Assembly: GCF_009834535.1 (NCBI RefSeq)
Contig: NC_045696.1
Span: 100,504,001-100,568,000 of the forward strand
From: Camelus ferus
Lineage: Eukaryota
Length of the DNA stretch: 64,000 nucleotides
Reading direction: 5' to 3'
Part shown: positions 40,671-52,914 of the stretch, one piece after another
How the letters are laid out: the number at the start of each line of letters is the position of its first letter
How positions within the stretch are numbered: position 1 is the stretch's first letter
Translations under genes and position numbers: made by a program
Notes under the pieces: model-generated
What the model was told of the DNA's origin: nothing
Database searches by the model: none
Seen by the model: only the letters and a program-made list of their open reading frames with translations

Positions 40671-42906
40671 GCATTGATTTCAAACTGAGGCTTTGAGAAG
40701 GAGCCAAGAATACATTCATACAACATAGGATCATATTTTAAAATAGGTCTCACTCCTCAAGAAGATTCTGTAGTCACTGACAAAACTATCTGGTGGCTGT
40801 GGTCTGAGTAGGAAAGGCAGTATTTTTCTCTCTTTCATTTGTTTGCTTATTTATTTAATAGTGTTTGGGCACTTGTGTCTCTTATTCTGAAGTAAGGCAT
40901 TCAGGAATATCTCTGGAATTTTCTTTCTTTCTTTCTTTCTTTCTTTTTTTTTTTTTTTGATCTTCTTAAAGAAGTGGTTTCTAAACTTTTTTATTAATTA
41001 CTATATCAGTAAAAATTTTATTCATAAATAAATGTGCTTATCCTCTGGCATCTGCATATTTATTTGTCTATAAATTTTATATAAGCCCTATTATTTTAAT
41101 ATATCATGGAATTTTCTAAGAGGAATTTTCTAAAAGGGGTGGGGAGGAAAGAGGCAGTGTTCTTAAAGAAAATATGTTGGGGTTTGTTAGGAAGTAGTTC
41201 TAGAAGTAATCATTCTCTTTCAGTATACATACTACTAAAGAAATTTCTATCAAACTCCTTACAGGTATCTGTAACATCTGAAAACACTAGAACAAGATGC
41301 TAGCGGGAGCAGTGGATAAAAGGGGGAATAGGAGCTGTTGGGGGTAACTGTAGCCCTGTTGCTATGCTGTAGAGGAGAGTGCGGACGTCTTATTCCAGTG
41401 ACTGCAGAATTCACACTCTGCATGTTTGTGATTGAGGTTGTGTGTGATGAATGTGGATGTACCCTGGAAATAAACCCGCAGCACACTGCAACAGTGTAGA
41501 ATGCTGCAACTACAAATATTTCAAACATTAAGAAGATGGATCCTTTAATCCCAGGTGTTTTCTTTATAAGACCATGAGCCTAGCAGAAAGCAAATAGGTT
41601 GTAGAGATGAGAGGGAGAGAAATATGAACTCAGACTGGAATTTTAAAAATCTGGATGACCTTGTGCATTTACTGAATTTTGCTGTGCTTCAGCTTTTCAT
41701 CTGTCCAATAGGCATAATGCTCTCTACAGTACAGTATTGTCAGGGAGGCTCCACCACAACCTAGTGCCTGACATACAGAAGATGATTAATGAATAGAGGC
41801 TATTTTTATTTTTCAAAGCATAATCTTTGCCTCTGAGATGATTAGAGTCTAACTGTAGAAAAGATTGAAATAAACACAATTGTTATTAACACTGTACAAA
41901 AATGAGACTCTTTCTTGCTCAGCTCCAAAACACAAACTACAAAACAATAGATGGCAAGTGTATCCACATTCCAAAGTGAGATTGGTCAAAGGAGGTGGTC
42001 AAAAAGTTTTGAGTTACCTTGTGCCAAATTTTTACTTGAGAGTTTAAAAGGGATGCCAGAATTTCTTGGAAGATTGGTGTCTACATGCTGTGAAACGCAT
42101 CACTGTCTCTCACAGGAAAGAGGCACCCATCTTCTCCCTCTCCTCTCCTTCAATGAGACCGTATGAGAGCTTGATATTTTCCAAGTGGAATCTGGGCAGG
42201 GTGCTTCATAGACTGGTAACTGACTCACACTGAAAAATTTCTCCAAGCAAAAGTCTGGCTGTACCGCTCTGTGGTGGCTGAGAAGGAGAGAGGACAAAGT
42301 GGAGGAGGATGGACTCCCACCATTTTGCTTGACCAGGACATGTGACTTCTCTTTGTGTCACAAGAACACCCCACAAATTAACCAAGCTGAAACCATTTGG
42401 AAGAGACCTTGCCCCAGAGGGCAGCCTCCCAAAGCAAGGTAATCCAGAAGGGGAGTTGTCTGGCATACGCCTGGGCTGGGGAGAGCGGGATGTGAGTGGC
42501 TGCTTGGAGAGTGAACCACCTACATCAGGGATCTGGACAGTGATGAAGGCCATTAGAAGTCGCCAAAGAAACCACAGGTGTGCCTCCAAAAGAGACATTA
42601 GCACTTATATCTATGATTCCCAAGACATAGTCAGTTTCAAACAATCCCAAACTCAGAGGGACCCACCATCAGATCATGGCCATGCCAGTCAAGTGAGACC
42701 TTCCCTAACTGTTGTTTTCTCAGTACTCCTTCTTTAGTGGAGTCAGACACCATGACTAGCAAGACGTAAGGAGAAATATGCAAGGCAGCAAAGGGGAGAC
42801 GATTGTGACAATAAACCTCATTCCTTCTCCCATCATGGGCTTCCAGGGGATGCTTGCTAAAGCAGGGGAATGGCTTTAAGTTTAGAATTTTAATGACATT
42901 GGGTTT

Positions 42907-43495
42907 GTATTGACTTCCTGTTGCTGCTTAACATATTACCAAAATATAGTGGCTTAACACACATTTGTTAGCTTACAGTTCTATAGGTCAGAAGTCCAAG
43001 ATGGCTTAACTGGGTTCTCTGCTTAGGGTCTGATAAGGCTAAAATCAAGTTGTTGGCCAGGGGTATATTCTCATCTGGAGCTTGGATTTCTCTTCCAAGG
43101 GTATGTTTGTTATTGGCAGTTTATTTCCTTTCTGGTTGTAGGACTGAGGCACCTATTTCCTCACTGGCTGTTAACCAAGTACCTCTCTCACCTTCCTAAT
43201 AACATTTATTCCTTTTCATGTCACCTTTTCCATGGTTAGATCCATCAAAGGCATGCTGAGTCTTTATCAAATTCCCAAGCTCTCTGAAGTCCTTTTCTGC
43301 CTCAGCCAGAGAAAAGTTTTTGCTTTTAAGGCCTCATGGGATTAGATAAGGTCCAACCACAAATCTCCTTATCTTAAAGTCACCTGTACCATATCACATA
43401 ACACAGTCACAAGAGTGATAACTCATCATGTTCAAATGTTCTGGGAATTAATAAAGGAAATATTTAAGGGATCATTTTAGACATTCTACCCAACA
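42907..43495 (-). mobile_element. MaLR solo LTR (MLT1-like)
   Basis: cttacagttctataggtcagaagtcc, aaggctaaaatcaagttgttggccaggg; ends ggggatcattttagacattctacccaaca. Confidence 0.8.
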
Positions 43496-44275
43496 GAAGA
43501 TAAAACCTTTGAAGTATTGCAATGATGCCAGTTTAAAATTTGTTTTGACTCTAAGTGACCAAACAACCTTTTATTATCTGAGAGTGACCAACAAAATAAT
43601 GGGCCCTGCAGAGGATTTTATTCAAGAATGAGAAAAGAATTACTTCTGCAAATTGGGGTTAAATGGGCAGTGGTGGTGCTTAGTCAGAAAAATGTTCCTT
43701 TTATATTGCTAAACTATATTGGTGCCTTTGCTTTAAACAAAATGTATAGCTTGAAATAAGCTGTGGTTTGTGGTAGAGAGAGATAACCTATGTGCAGTGA
43801 TCTCCCTTCCCCCTGCCCCAGGGATGGACTAGGGAAATAAATACTGTGAGTTCATTTCTTTACAACCTAAGCTATCCTGCTGGTATTACTGCTAGGCTAG
43901 AGGGCAAGCATCTGCTGGAATCCATGAGGTCAGTGTCCCGACGCCCAGAGACATAGGGAAGATGCTGGAGAGTGGATCTGAAAGAACAAATGGAAATTAT
44001 CAGCACAATAATCTATTGCAATACACTGAGCAAAAGATGATGGTGACTTGGGAAAAGATGTTGGCAGTGGAGTGGAGAGAAAGAAATTAGAAAGTTAATA
44101 TTCTTTCTCTTTTCACTAAAGTTTCTTATCTTTGAAGATTCTGCTCTCAGTCTATGATATACTTCTATGTTACACTTATATCTAGACTGCCTCCCACTCA
44201 TTAATTATTTTCATCTTTGGCTCATGCCCTTCTAACAGTACTCTTGTCCTAAGTCTTAGTGATTGCAATGTCCTT

Positions 44276-46061
44276 TTTTTTTTTTTAACATTTTTTATTG
44301 GTTTATAATCATTTTACAATGTTGTGTCAAATTCCAGTGTAGAGCACAATTTTTCAATTATACATGAACATACATATATGCATTGTCACATTTTTTTTTC
44401 TCTGTGAGCTATCATAAAATCTTGTGTCTATTTCCCTGTGCTATACAGTATAATCTTGTTTATCTGTTCTACAATTTTGAAATCCCTTCTGTCCCTTCCC
44501 ACCCTCTGCCCCCTTGGCAACCACAAGTTTGTATTCTATGTCTATGAGTCCGTTTCTGTTTTGTATTTATGCTTGTTTTTTTTTGTTTTTGTTTTTGTCT
44601 TTTAGATTCCACATATGAGCGATCTCATATGGTATTTTTCTTTCTCTTTCTGGCTTACTTCACTTAGAATGACATTCTCCAGGAGCATCCATGTTGCTGC
44701 AAATGGTGTTATGTTGTCGGTTTTTATGGCTGAGTAGTATTCCATTGTATAAATATACCACTACTTCTTTATCCAGTCACCTGTTGATGGACATTTAGGC
44801 TGTTTCCATGTCTTGGCTATTGTAAATAATGCTGCTATGAACATTGGGGTGCAGGTGTCATCCTGAAGTAGGGTTTCCTCTGGATATAAGCCCAGGAGCG
44901 GGATTCCTGGGTCATACGGTAAGTCTATTCCTAGTCTTTTGAGGAATCTCCATACTGTTTTCCACAGTGGCTGCGTCAAACTGCATTCCCACCAGCAATG
45001 TAGGAGGGTTCCCCTTTCTCCACAGCCTCTCCAGCATTTGTCATTTGTGGATTTCTGAATGATGGCCATTCTGACTGGTGTCAGGTGATACCTCATTGTA
45101 GTTTTGATTTGCATTTCTCTGATAATTAGTGATACTGAGCATTTTTTCATGTGTCTATTGACCATTTGCATGTCTTCCTTGGAGAATTGCTTGTTTAGGT
45201 CTTCTGCCCATTTTTGGATTGGGTTGTTTATTTTTTTCTTATTGAGTCGTATGGGCTGCTTATATATTCTGGAGATCAAGCCTTTCTTGGTTTCATTTGC
45301 AAAAATTTTTTTCCCATTCCGTAGGTTGTCCTTTGTTTTACTTACAGTTTCCTTTGCTGTGCAGAAGCTTGTAAGTTTCATTAGGTCCCATTTGTTTATT
45401 TTTGCTTCTATGTCTTCTAGGAGAAAATTTTTGAGATGTATGTCAGATAATGTTTTGCCTATATTTTCCTCTAGGAGGTTTATTGTATCTTGTCTTATGT
45501 TTAAGTCTTTGATCCATTTTGAGTTGATTTTTGTGTATGGTGTAAGGGAGTGTTCTAGCTTCATTGTTTTATGTGCTGCTGTCCAGTTTTCCCAACACCA
45601 TTTGCTGAAGAGACTGTCTTTATTCCATTGTATATTCTTGCCTCCCTTGTAAAAGATGAGTTGACCATAAGTTTGTGGGTTCATTTCTGGGCTCTCTATT
45701 CTGTTCCATTGGTCTATATGTCTGTTTTTGTACCAATACCATGCTGTCTCGATGACTGTAGTATCTATAGTATTGTCTGAAGTCTGGGAGAGTTATTCCT
45801 CCAGCCTCTTTCTTTCTCTTCAGTCATGCTTTGGCAATTCTAGGTCTCTGATGGTTCCATATGAATTTTATTATGATTTGTTCTAGTTCTGTGAAATATG
45901 TCCTGGGTAATTGGAGAGGGATTGCATTAAATCTGTAGATTGCCTTGGGCAGTGTGACCATTTTAACAATATTGATTCTTCCAATCCAAGAGCATGGGCT
46001 GTCTTTCCATTTTTTAAAGTCTTCTTTAATTTCCTTCATCAGTGGTTTACAGTTTTCTGTG
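44276..46061 (-). mobile_element. Young 5'-truncated L1: C-terminal part of ORF2 plus 3' UTR and poly-A, 12-bp TSD; inactivated
   Basis: ORFs 45824-46066 and 44761-45684 are clear L1 ORF2 ([42 protein letters not shown]); premature stops after PRIAKA and DWIKK; TGCAATGTCCTT at 44264-44275 and 46062-46073. Confidence 0.97.
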
Positions 46062-46329
46062 TGCAATGTCCTTGTGTATGAAATTTGTAATGTTCTGATG
46101 TCATAGTTACCAGACCCTTCTCTTTCAGTATCCTCCCTTCCACATCCACTCTGTCTACTCCCATGGCCATTATCCAGACCTTGACTTTGTGAATAACTGT
46201 ATCTCCTTCACAGGCTCAGTTTCAAGTACTCCACTTTCTGATTTCCACATCCTCTCATTCCATCTCCTTTCTCTAAGACCTTTCAATCCATTGATTCTAC
46301 CATCTTTATCACTGCCACTTGCTTCCACT

Positions 46330-46892
46330 GTCAATGCCCTTCAGCCATCAGACACCAGGAATAAGCCTATAGTTGAACAAGTTGGGTTTAATGTTCCTTT
46401 TAAGGAGGAACAAAGCACATCATTGGGAGCCATCAGGTATCTGAGTGAGAGTCTGTTACAAAAGGCTGCTTCTTAGGAGTTGGGCTTATGTTAGGTGATT
46501 TTAGGAAGGGTTTAGGAAGCAGGATTGTACTATGCATTTGGATGCTGTCAGGCAGTGTGGGCATTCTGTGACGGTATCTAAATCATTCTTATCTATAAGG
46601 CAGGAAGAATGCATCGAGGCTGAAAGAATAATTGATAAGGAAGCTGCTTTCACTCATATTATTCAAGATAGGGAGATGTTTGGATATTTTTGTGGTTTGA
46701 GCAATGTCTAGGTTTTGTCTGGACTTAGAAACGATTGCCAAATGTTCTTTTTGTCTTGATCCATCATGGTCACAGTGTCCTTGTCTGACGTTAGTGTTCC
46801 GTGGAATTGTTTATGTTCAGTAAGAAAACCACAACCTAGCTGCTAGTGCCTGGCCAGCTCCCTGATGCTGGAACCTGCTTTTCTCTTCCTCA
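46330..46892 (-). mobile_element. ERV solo LTR (subfamily not assigned)
   Basis: TG...CA bounded ~560-bp block; minus strand starts tgaggaagagaaaagcagg and contains gaacataaacaat and tgtgaccatgatggatcaagac, which I recall from old eutherian LTRs. Confidence 0.55.
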
Positions 46893-49800
46893 CCTTGGTC
46901 TGTCGTTGCAATCACACCTCACCCCTCTGACTCCTCTGATTGCCCCCCTTCCCTGCCAGCCCCTACCAATGATTCTAGATCCACCCTAACTGGCATTCTC
47001 TATTCCTTTTAACTAGCTCTATTTCTTTTTTCCTGAATATTACTTATAATCATTTACCATATTATAAATTTAGTGTATATTTGTATGTTATCTTTCTAGT
47101 TTTAAAACAAATGATTCACACTACTTGTACCATATAATGGCAATTCCTTAGGAATAAGGTAACCAAAACCTGCAAATTCCAATAGGGTCTGTATGAACCA
47201 GTTATCAATTCTATGTGATTATGGAAAATAAAAATAAATGATTTATTACTTCAAAAGTTTTTGTGATAGTATTTGCTATTTTGACAGTTGACTTCACTGA
47301 ATTAAAGATAAGCTGTTTCATAAGAGATATTAAGGGCATGTCAAAGAATAACCTAAAAGATTAAAATACAAAAAGATGAAGTCACTTGTTGGGGGTGGAG
47401 ATGAGGGGAGGTGGACATAATAAATTGAAGATAAATGTAAGGATTTTCTGTGTAAGAATTGTTTTTAAAGAAGCAGTTTGACTTTTATTTCATAGCTACA
47501 GTTTGAGATTTAAGCCTTTGCCTCTCTTATATTTCCTGTAGCCTGAGGGCCAGTGTGGGAAAGAGGGTTGAGCATTGAGGGAGGTCCTGGTTTCTGCTGC
47601 TCCTTCTGCTACTCCTCCTGTAAACCAGAATTTACATGCTTTTCAAAACATTCTCCTTTCATGTTCTCTGAATATGTAGTTTCTGTTTTTTTAACTTGCC
47701 AAGTTCTAATTTTGAATTCAAATTATGATTTGAAGTTTTAAGTGTTATGCCTGAGACTTCTTCTCTTTTTTTACAAAATTGAATTTGACAGTATGAAATT
47801 GTGTTTATAACTAAGATGCATTTAATGATTGCATTAATATGGAGCAATTAGTACTGAGGCTTCTCCATCAAAACGTAAAATGTAATTATGATTATTATTT
47901 GGCAAAGTTAGATCACAGTTACTAAAGTGAATAGTTAAAATGTTAATTAAACTATAGAAAATTTGGATATAGATTGAAAATAAAACTACTTTACTTCATG
48001 TAAAATGCACTTAACATAAATTTTTCTGGTCTTTGATATTTCACTTGAACAAAAATCCTGAATTAATTTGATTAACATTTAAAAATGTATCCTTTTTTTT
48101 TCTTTAGTTGTAAAGAATGTGAATAATCTAAAATAGGTTAGGAAAGGACTGGAATCAGCACTGGACCAAATATAATTTTCACTTTGTTTTCAGTTGAATT
48201 TTGGCTTACTGGCTAACAATCTAAGCCATTGAATTTGAGAATGAAAAATCAAGATGCTTTATGGAAACCTTAAAAAATCACTAAGAGCAAACTAATAAAG
48301 TTTTGGGGTTTTTTTACATGCACTACCTCTTATCTCTTTAATTTGTGTTGAACAATATAAATAATGCCATCTGACATAATTACCAGTGTCTTAAAATCAG
48401 ACAGAACTTCATTAAGGTTAGCAATCGAGTTGGGAACACTTACGTTGTGCTAGGTGATTTACATGCATATAATGTTTATAATTCAATACTTTTTATAATA
48501 TGATACAATAACATTTAAATATTAAATTTTACAAATTTAATTTTTTCTGCTTGATAAATATTTTCATTGCCAATTTAAATATGAGGACCTTGAGGTACAG
48601 AGAAGCTACAGGTTTTTTGATATCCAACCATCAACTGTCCATTAACAATTGTGATGTTTCATTGTACAGTAAAACATTGAAAATGAAAACTTTTCATCTG
48701 ATACTATGACCCTGTATGTTTTAGAATTTGACGCTCAGAGAGTTTCACCATGTCCTGAGTGGCTAGTGAATTGGGCAGTTATTTGAAAGCCCTAAAGATG
48801 AATAGTTTTGATTACATCAGAAGAGGTCTGCTTCAGATAACATAATTATGAATGTCGTATTACCTGTGGGGCAGATCCAATGGGTGGCCATGTCTCCGAG
48901 TACTTTACAGATAAATGCACACTGTTTTTAAAACAATTCTGAGAGAATTGTAATGGTAACTTATTGAGTTTATAAGGGAGAGCAATGGGAAATCTGTGTT
49001 TGCAATCCTCATTTAGAAATGAAAGTATGAAATAAGGGAAAGGGAAAAATAGGTTTTGTACGTAATCCAAATTATTTAACCCAGTCAATTTTTTTCTGCA
49101 AAGGAAATCAGGCTTATAACCAAGCTCTCTTTGAGGCTGATAACAGAGTAATATTTAGATTAAATGAGTGGAAAATTCAGTTTTCCACTATTGACTATGC
49201 AGAATCTAGTCACAAACTTTAATGCATTCAATTTCCAATCTGTGCTATCGGTGCAGACAAACCAGATAAACAAAGATACATCCCTTGAATATAGCTTTGG
49301 TTCATCTTTTATTTTTTCTTATCTCTAGAGGTGGTGATTATACTTTATCCAAAGCAAGCAGGATTCTCACATCTATGAAATATCTGCGGTTTTCCTACAT
49401 GAAGTGACACCACATGTTGTTCTGCTTATTACGCCTGCGTCACCAGTGCAGCACTTGTCTGTTTTAATGATATATGGCTACCTCAGCGATTGTTAATCTA
49501 ATGATGGAATGTGTCCCTGGTGGTTACAGGTGCCACTTTCTAAGCCTCTTGCCTACAGACTGAATTACAAGATGATGGCTATCGTAAACATTTTTTTATT
49601 CTTTACTAAAATATGTGCACATTTATAATAATAGGAAGTTATAGCTATGATCCTAATAAGAGCACTTTCCAGGTAAGCATCTTGCAGCCTTTGCAGAAAT
49701 GGCCGTTTTTTATATAATTTCAATCTCTTTCACTGACATTGAGCTTTTTCAAAAGAGAAGCCAGGAAAAAAAAAAAAAAAAGTCAGCAACTTATGCGTTC

Positions 49801-50242
49801 TGATTTCACTCCCAGCTGAATTTCAATGTAAATATAATAAATACACATTATGTTAATATATTTAAATATGTGACACACATATTTACATTTAAATGTAAAT
49901 TAAGATGATTTACATGTTAGATTCTGAATGTCAGTCATTAAAATCCACTGATTTCCTGACCCAATGCTACCATTCAGAATGATGTATGCATGTGCTTGTT
50001 AATTAACCATTTACTAAGCACACAAAAGGTGAAAATGCTGACCCAGGTGCATACAGTAATTTACAGGATGGTTCTCCTCTTAAAGGAGCTACAGTCGGAG
50101 TGTGGGGGGCTGAGGTGGAGTGGTGGGGGTGATATGGATAAATATAGAACTGAAAATAGGAAAATAGAAAAACAAAGGGCAAAAGGGAGAATGTAAATGT
50201 ACCAAATCAAGCACTCAAGTTTTCAAAGAAATCTATGTCATG

Positions 50243-50790
50243 ATGATAGGAGGAAGAAATTTTTCTCTACCCTCCTAAGTTTCTCTAGTTGGTCTAAAAA
50301 TTAAATTAACATGAGACAGATTAACAATGTGTATATATGGGAGAGACCCATGAGAACTGAGTAACTCACCAACATGACGGAAATCCTCAGCTTACATACT
50401 GTCTTCAGCTAAAGACAGAAGAGGATGATGGGGGTTGCGGTTTGGGACTTCAAAGAGGAGGAAGGAAATTCACGTGGAGATGGACAAGCAAATATTTGGT
50501 AAACATATGTTTGTTGGGCCCTGCAGACACAATGGGGCACACCGTGGGCTCTGGTCTCTGTGCCCCCCACCACTGAGTTTCCCCACAACTTCCAGCACAT
50601 ATTCTTTGTATCTCTGGTCGTAGCTCTATTCTGGTAACAGGCCCTTTATCTAAATTCTTTTAGGCAGTTAAAAGGGAGGTAGTAAGAACAAAATTCCAGA
50701 GTCTTCTGTTTCTTAAATATAGTCAGCCTAAATTAATTTTCATGCCAAAGATACACATTTTGGGGTGGCAGGTTTTGGCCCCCTAGAATG
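50243..50790 (-). mobile_element. ERV1-class solo LTR (MER34-related)
   Basis: Minus strand aaacctgccaccccaaaatgtgtatctttggcatg matches the starts of the 28750 and 38192 LTRs. Confidence 0.7.
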
Positions 50791-51049
50791 ACTTTTAACA
50801 TCTGGTCTTAAAGGAGTGATCAAGTGGCATGTTCTTCTAGGTAAATAGGTAAAAAAGTAATACATAAAAATAAATATGTATAGGCCACTCATTAATGACA
50901 AATCATAAGAGATTCTGTCATGTAAGGGTGAATGATCTGTCGGGAGGACTCATTGGTATCATCTTAGTTCAGACTTGCAACATTCATTCTATACATTTTT
51001 AAGGCAGTCTTTCTATTTTCCTTGTCTTCAGGTATGACTTTCTATTATC

Positions 51050-51950
51050 TATTCTACATACTTCTGACATTATTCTAAGTGATCTTTCTATACACAAATC
51101 TAATCATATAATGTCCCTCATTAAAAGAATCCAATGGTTCCCCAATGCCTTCGTCTTCAAATCCAACCTCCTTAAATGCTTCATCTCAATCCTGCTCTTT
51201 TATACACATCAGGTCTCCGTTCCTGCCATCCTTTGACTCACACCCTGTAAATCTGTTGTCCCAAATTACTTGACATTCCCCAAACTCACCCAACTTTTGT
51301 TGGTTTGTTTTTGTGGATTTTCCTAGAATGTCCGTATCATGTGAGTGTATCCTAGTTCCCTTTGAGACTCAGGTCAAGGGTGATCTTTAATGGAAACTCT
51401 TTATCTCTGTTCTTCCCAAGTGTGTCCACACTAATACATTCTCCTTTCCCAGGCCCTCTGTTACCAGAAGGCACTGATGGTGGAGAAATCTTCCCATTCT
51501 TTTATGTTTGTGAAGGACCATCCTACCTTCACATGTGTAGATAAAATTCATCTGGACTTTTCCTCAATGTCTCAGATGAGACCCATGTCCATCCTTCCTC
51601 TTGACTCCTTTATTTTATAAAAGCCCAGATTTTCTCCATCTTTTTTGAAATGTTCCTCACTAATGAATGCCGTCTATATTCCAATATCTTGACTAGTCAC
51701 CTCCTAGTTACCTTGGGCTTTTATACCTTGGGTGTTTTGTCTTTCACACTGGGCAACTTGGGTCTCTGTCAGTGAGTTCATTAGAACACTTGTTTTATTT
51801 TGCTGTAACTGTTGATTTGCTTGCCTGTCATCCTCGCTAGACTAAGAGGTCCTTGAGAATTGGGAAAATGTCTTGTTTACATATATTCCCATGTGTACTC
51901 AGTGCAGTGTCTGAATACACATAGCAGGTGACAGATAAACCTTCGATGAT
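51050..51950. mobile_element. L2 3' region, probably interrupted by a small LTR-like piece at ~51459-51748
   Basis: caaatctaatcatataatgtccctcattaaaagaatccaatggttccccaatgcc and ctagactaagaggtccttgag...cacatagcaggtg resemble the L2 3' end. Confidence 0.55.
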
Positions 51951-52914
51951 CACTGAGTATCTGCTACATGGTCACTCTTTTCTTTTACTAGAGGAAGCAC
52001 ATCAACGCTGCCTCTGACAGGGGAAGTCAGTGTCATTTCAGTCCTCTGAATCATGTTCAGCTTATCCACCCATACCTTCTCCTAAAATGCTTACAGAAGT
52101 GTTCACTTTTACTGTATACAAGAATGACAGTTACAGCTATTTACTAAAATTCCTTGTGGTTCATAGATGATTATTATATAAAAAGATAACCCTTACAAAT
52201 ATCATTCATTATATGCCAGAGTCACACAGTGTTGAAATGTGAATGGAAGTGAGACATCAAAAGATGACAACTGTTTAATAGATTTGAGAAAATGTGAAAG
52301 ATCTTTTGAGAAATCTAATTTCTGGAGAACTATACAAAGTAGTGGGAAATCAAAACTTCAAGAAAAATACATAATATCAAGACAGATGTAATCTTAGAAA
52401 GTAGCAAAAATTTAGAGTTATAAAAAAGATGATCTTTTCTAGATCAATGAAGAAAGTAAAGAATAATTAAAGATGAAGAACTTAGGTGGCTTACACAGTG
52501 GATTGTTTACCTAGAGCTGGTTAAGTTTGTACTTTGACGATTCATATACAACTCTGCGATTTGTAATAGTTTGTACTTTACCAAGGTGTACTCGGCTATA
52601 AATTATGGATAGTAGGTTTCTGTCCAGGAGGATTACCTACTAGTCAGTGAACCTAGCTTACCGCACAGCATTTAGCATTTACCATGCAACACAGAGACTT
52701 AGATCCTTTGGTCTCAAATCATCATTGTAAATGTACCTCCTGTATTAAAGTGAAGCAACTGAAAAACAATGTGGTGAATGTGTGTTCATGCCTCTGTGTG
52801 GATGTCTCTGACTGAAATACTACCCTGGAGAGAAGTGTCAAGTATTCTTTTCTATCCCTAACATATTACATGAGATTACTTGCAAGTGTGAAGATAGAAT
52901 GTCTTTGGAGATTT

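Noticed and set aside
24863..41495. Shared 16-mer AGCACACTGCAACAGT at 24863 and 41480
   Set aside because: About one such exact match is expected by chance in 64 kb, and there is no flanking similarity.
42206..42737. Overlapping 131/132-aa ORFs on opposite strands
   Set aside because: No recognisable domain; the region looks like an old LTR (possibly MamGyp-like) split by the MLT1 at 42907, and higher GC lowers stop frequency.
45104..45652. 182-aa hydrophobic plus-strand ORF
   Set aside because: Antisense shadow of L1 ORF2, a common artefact.
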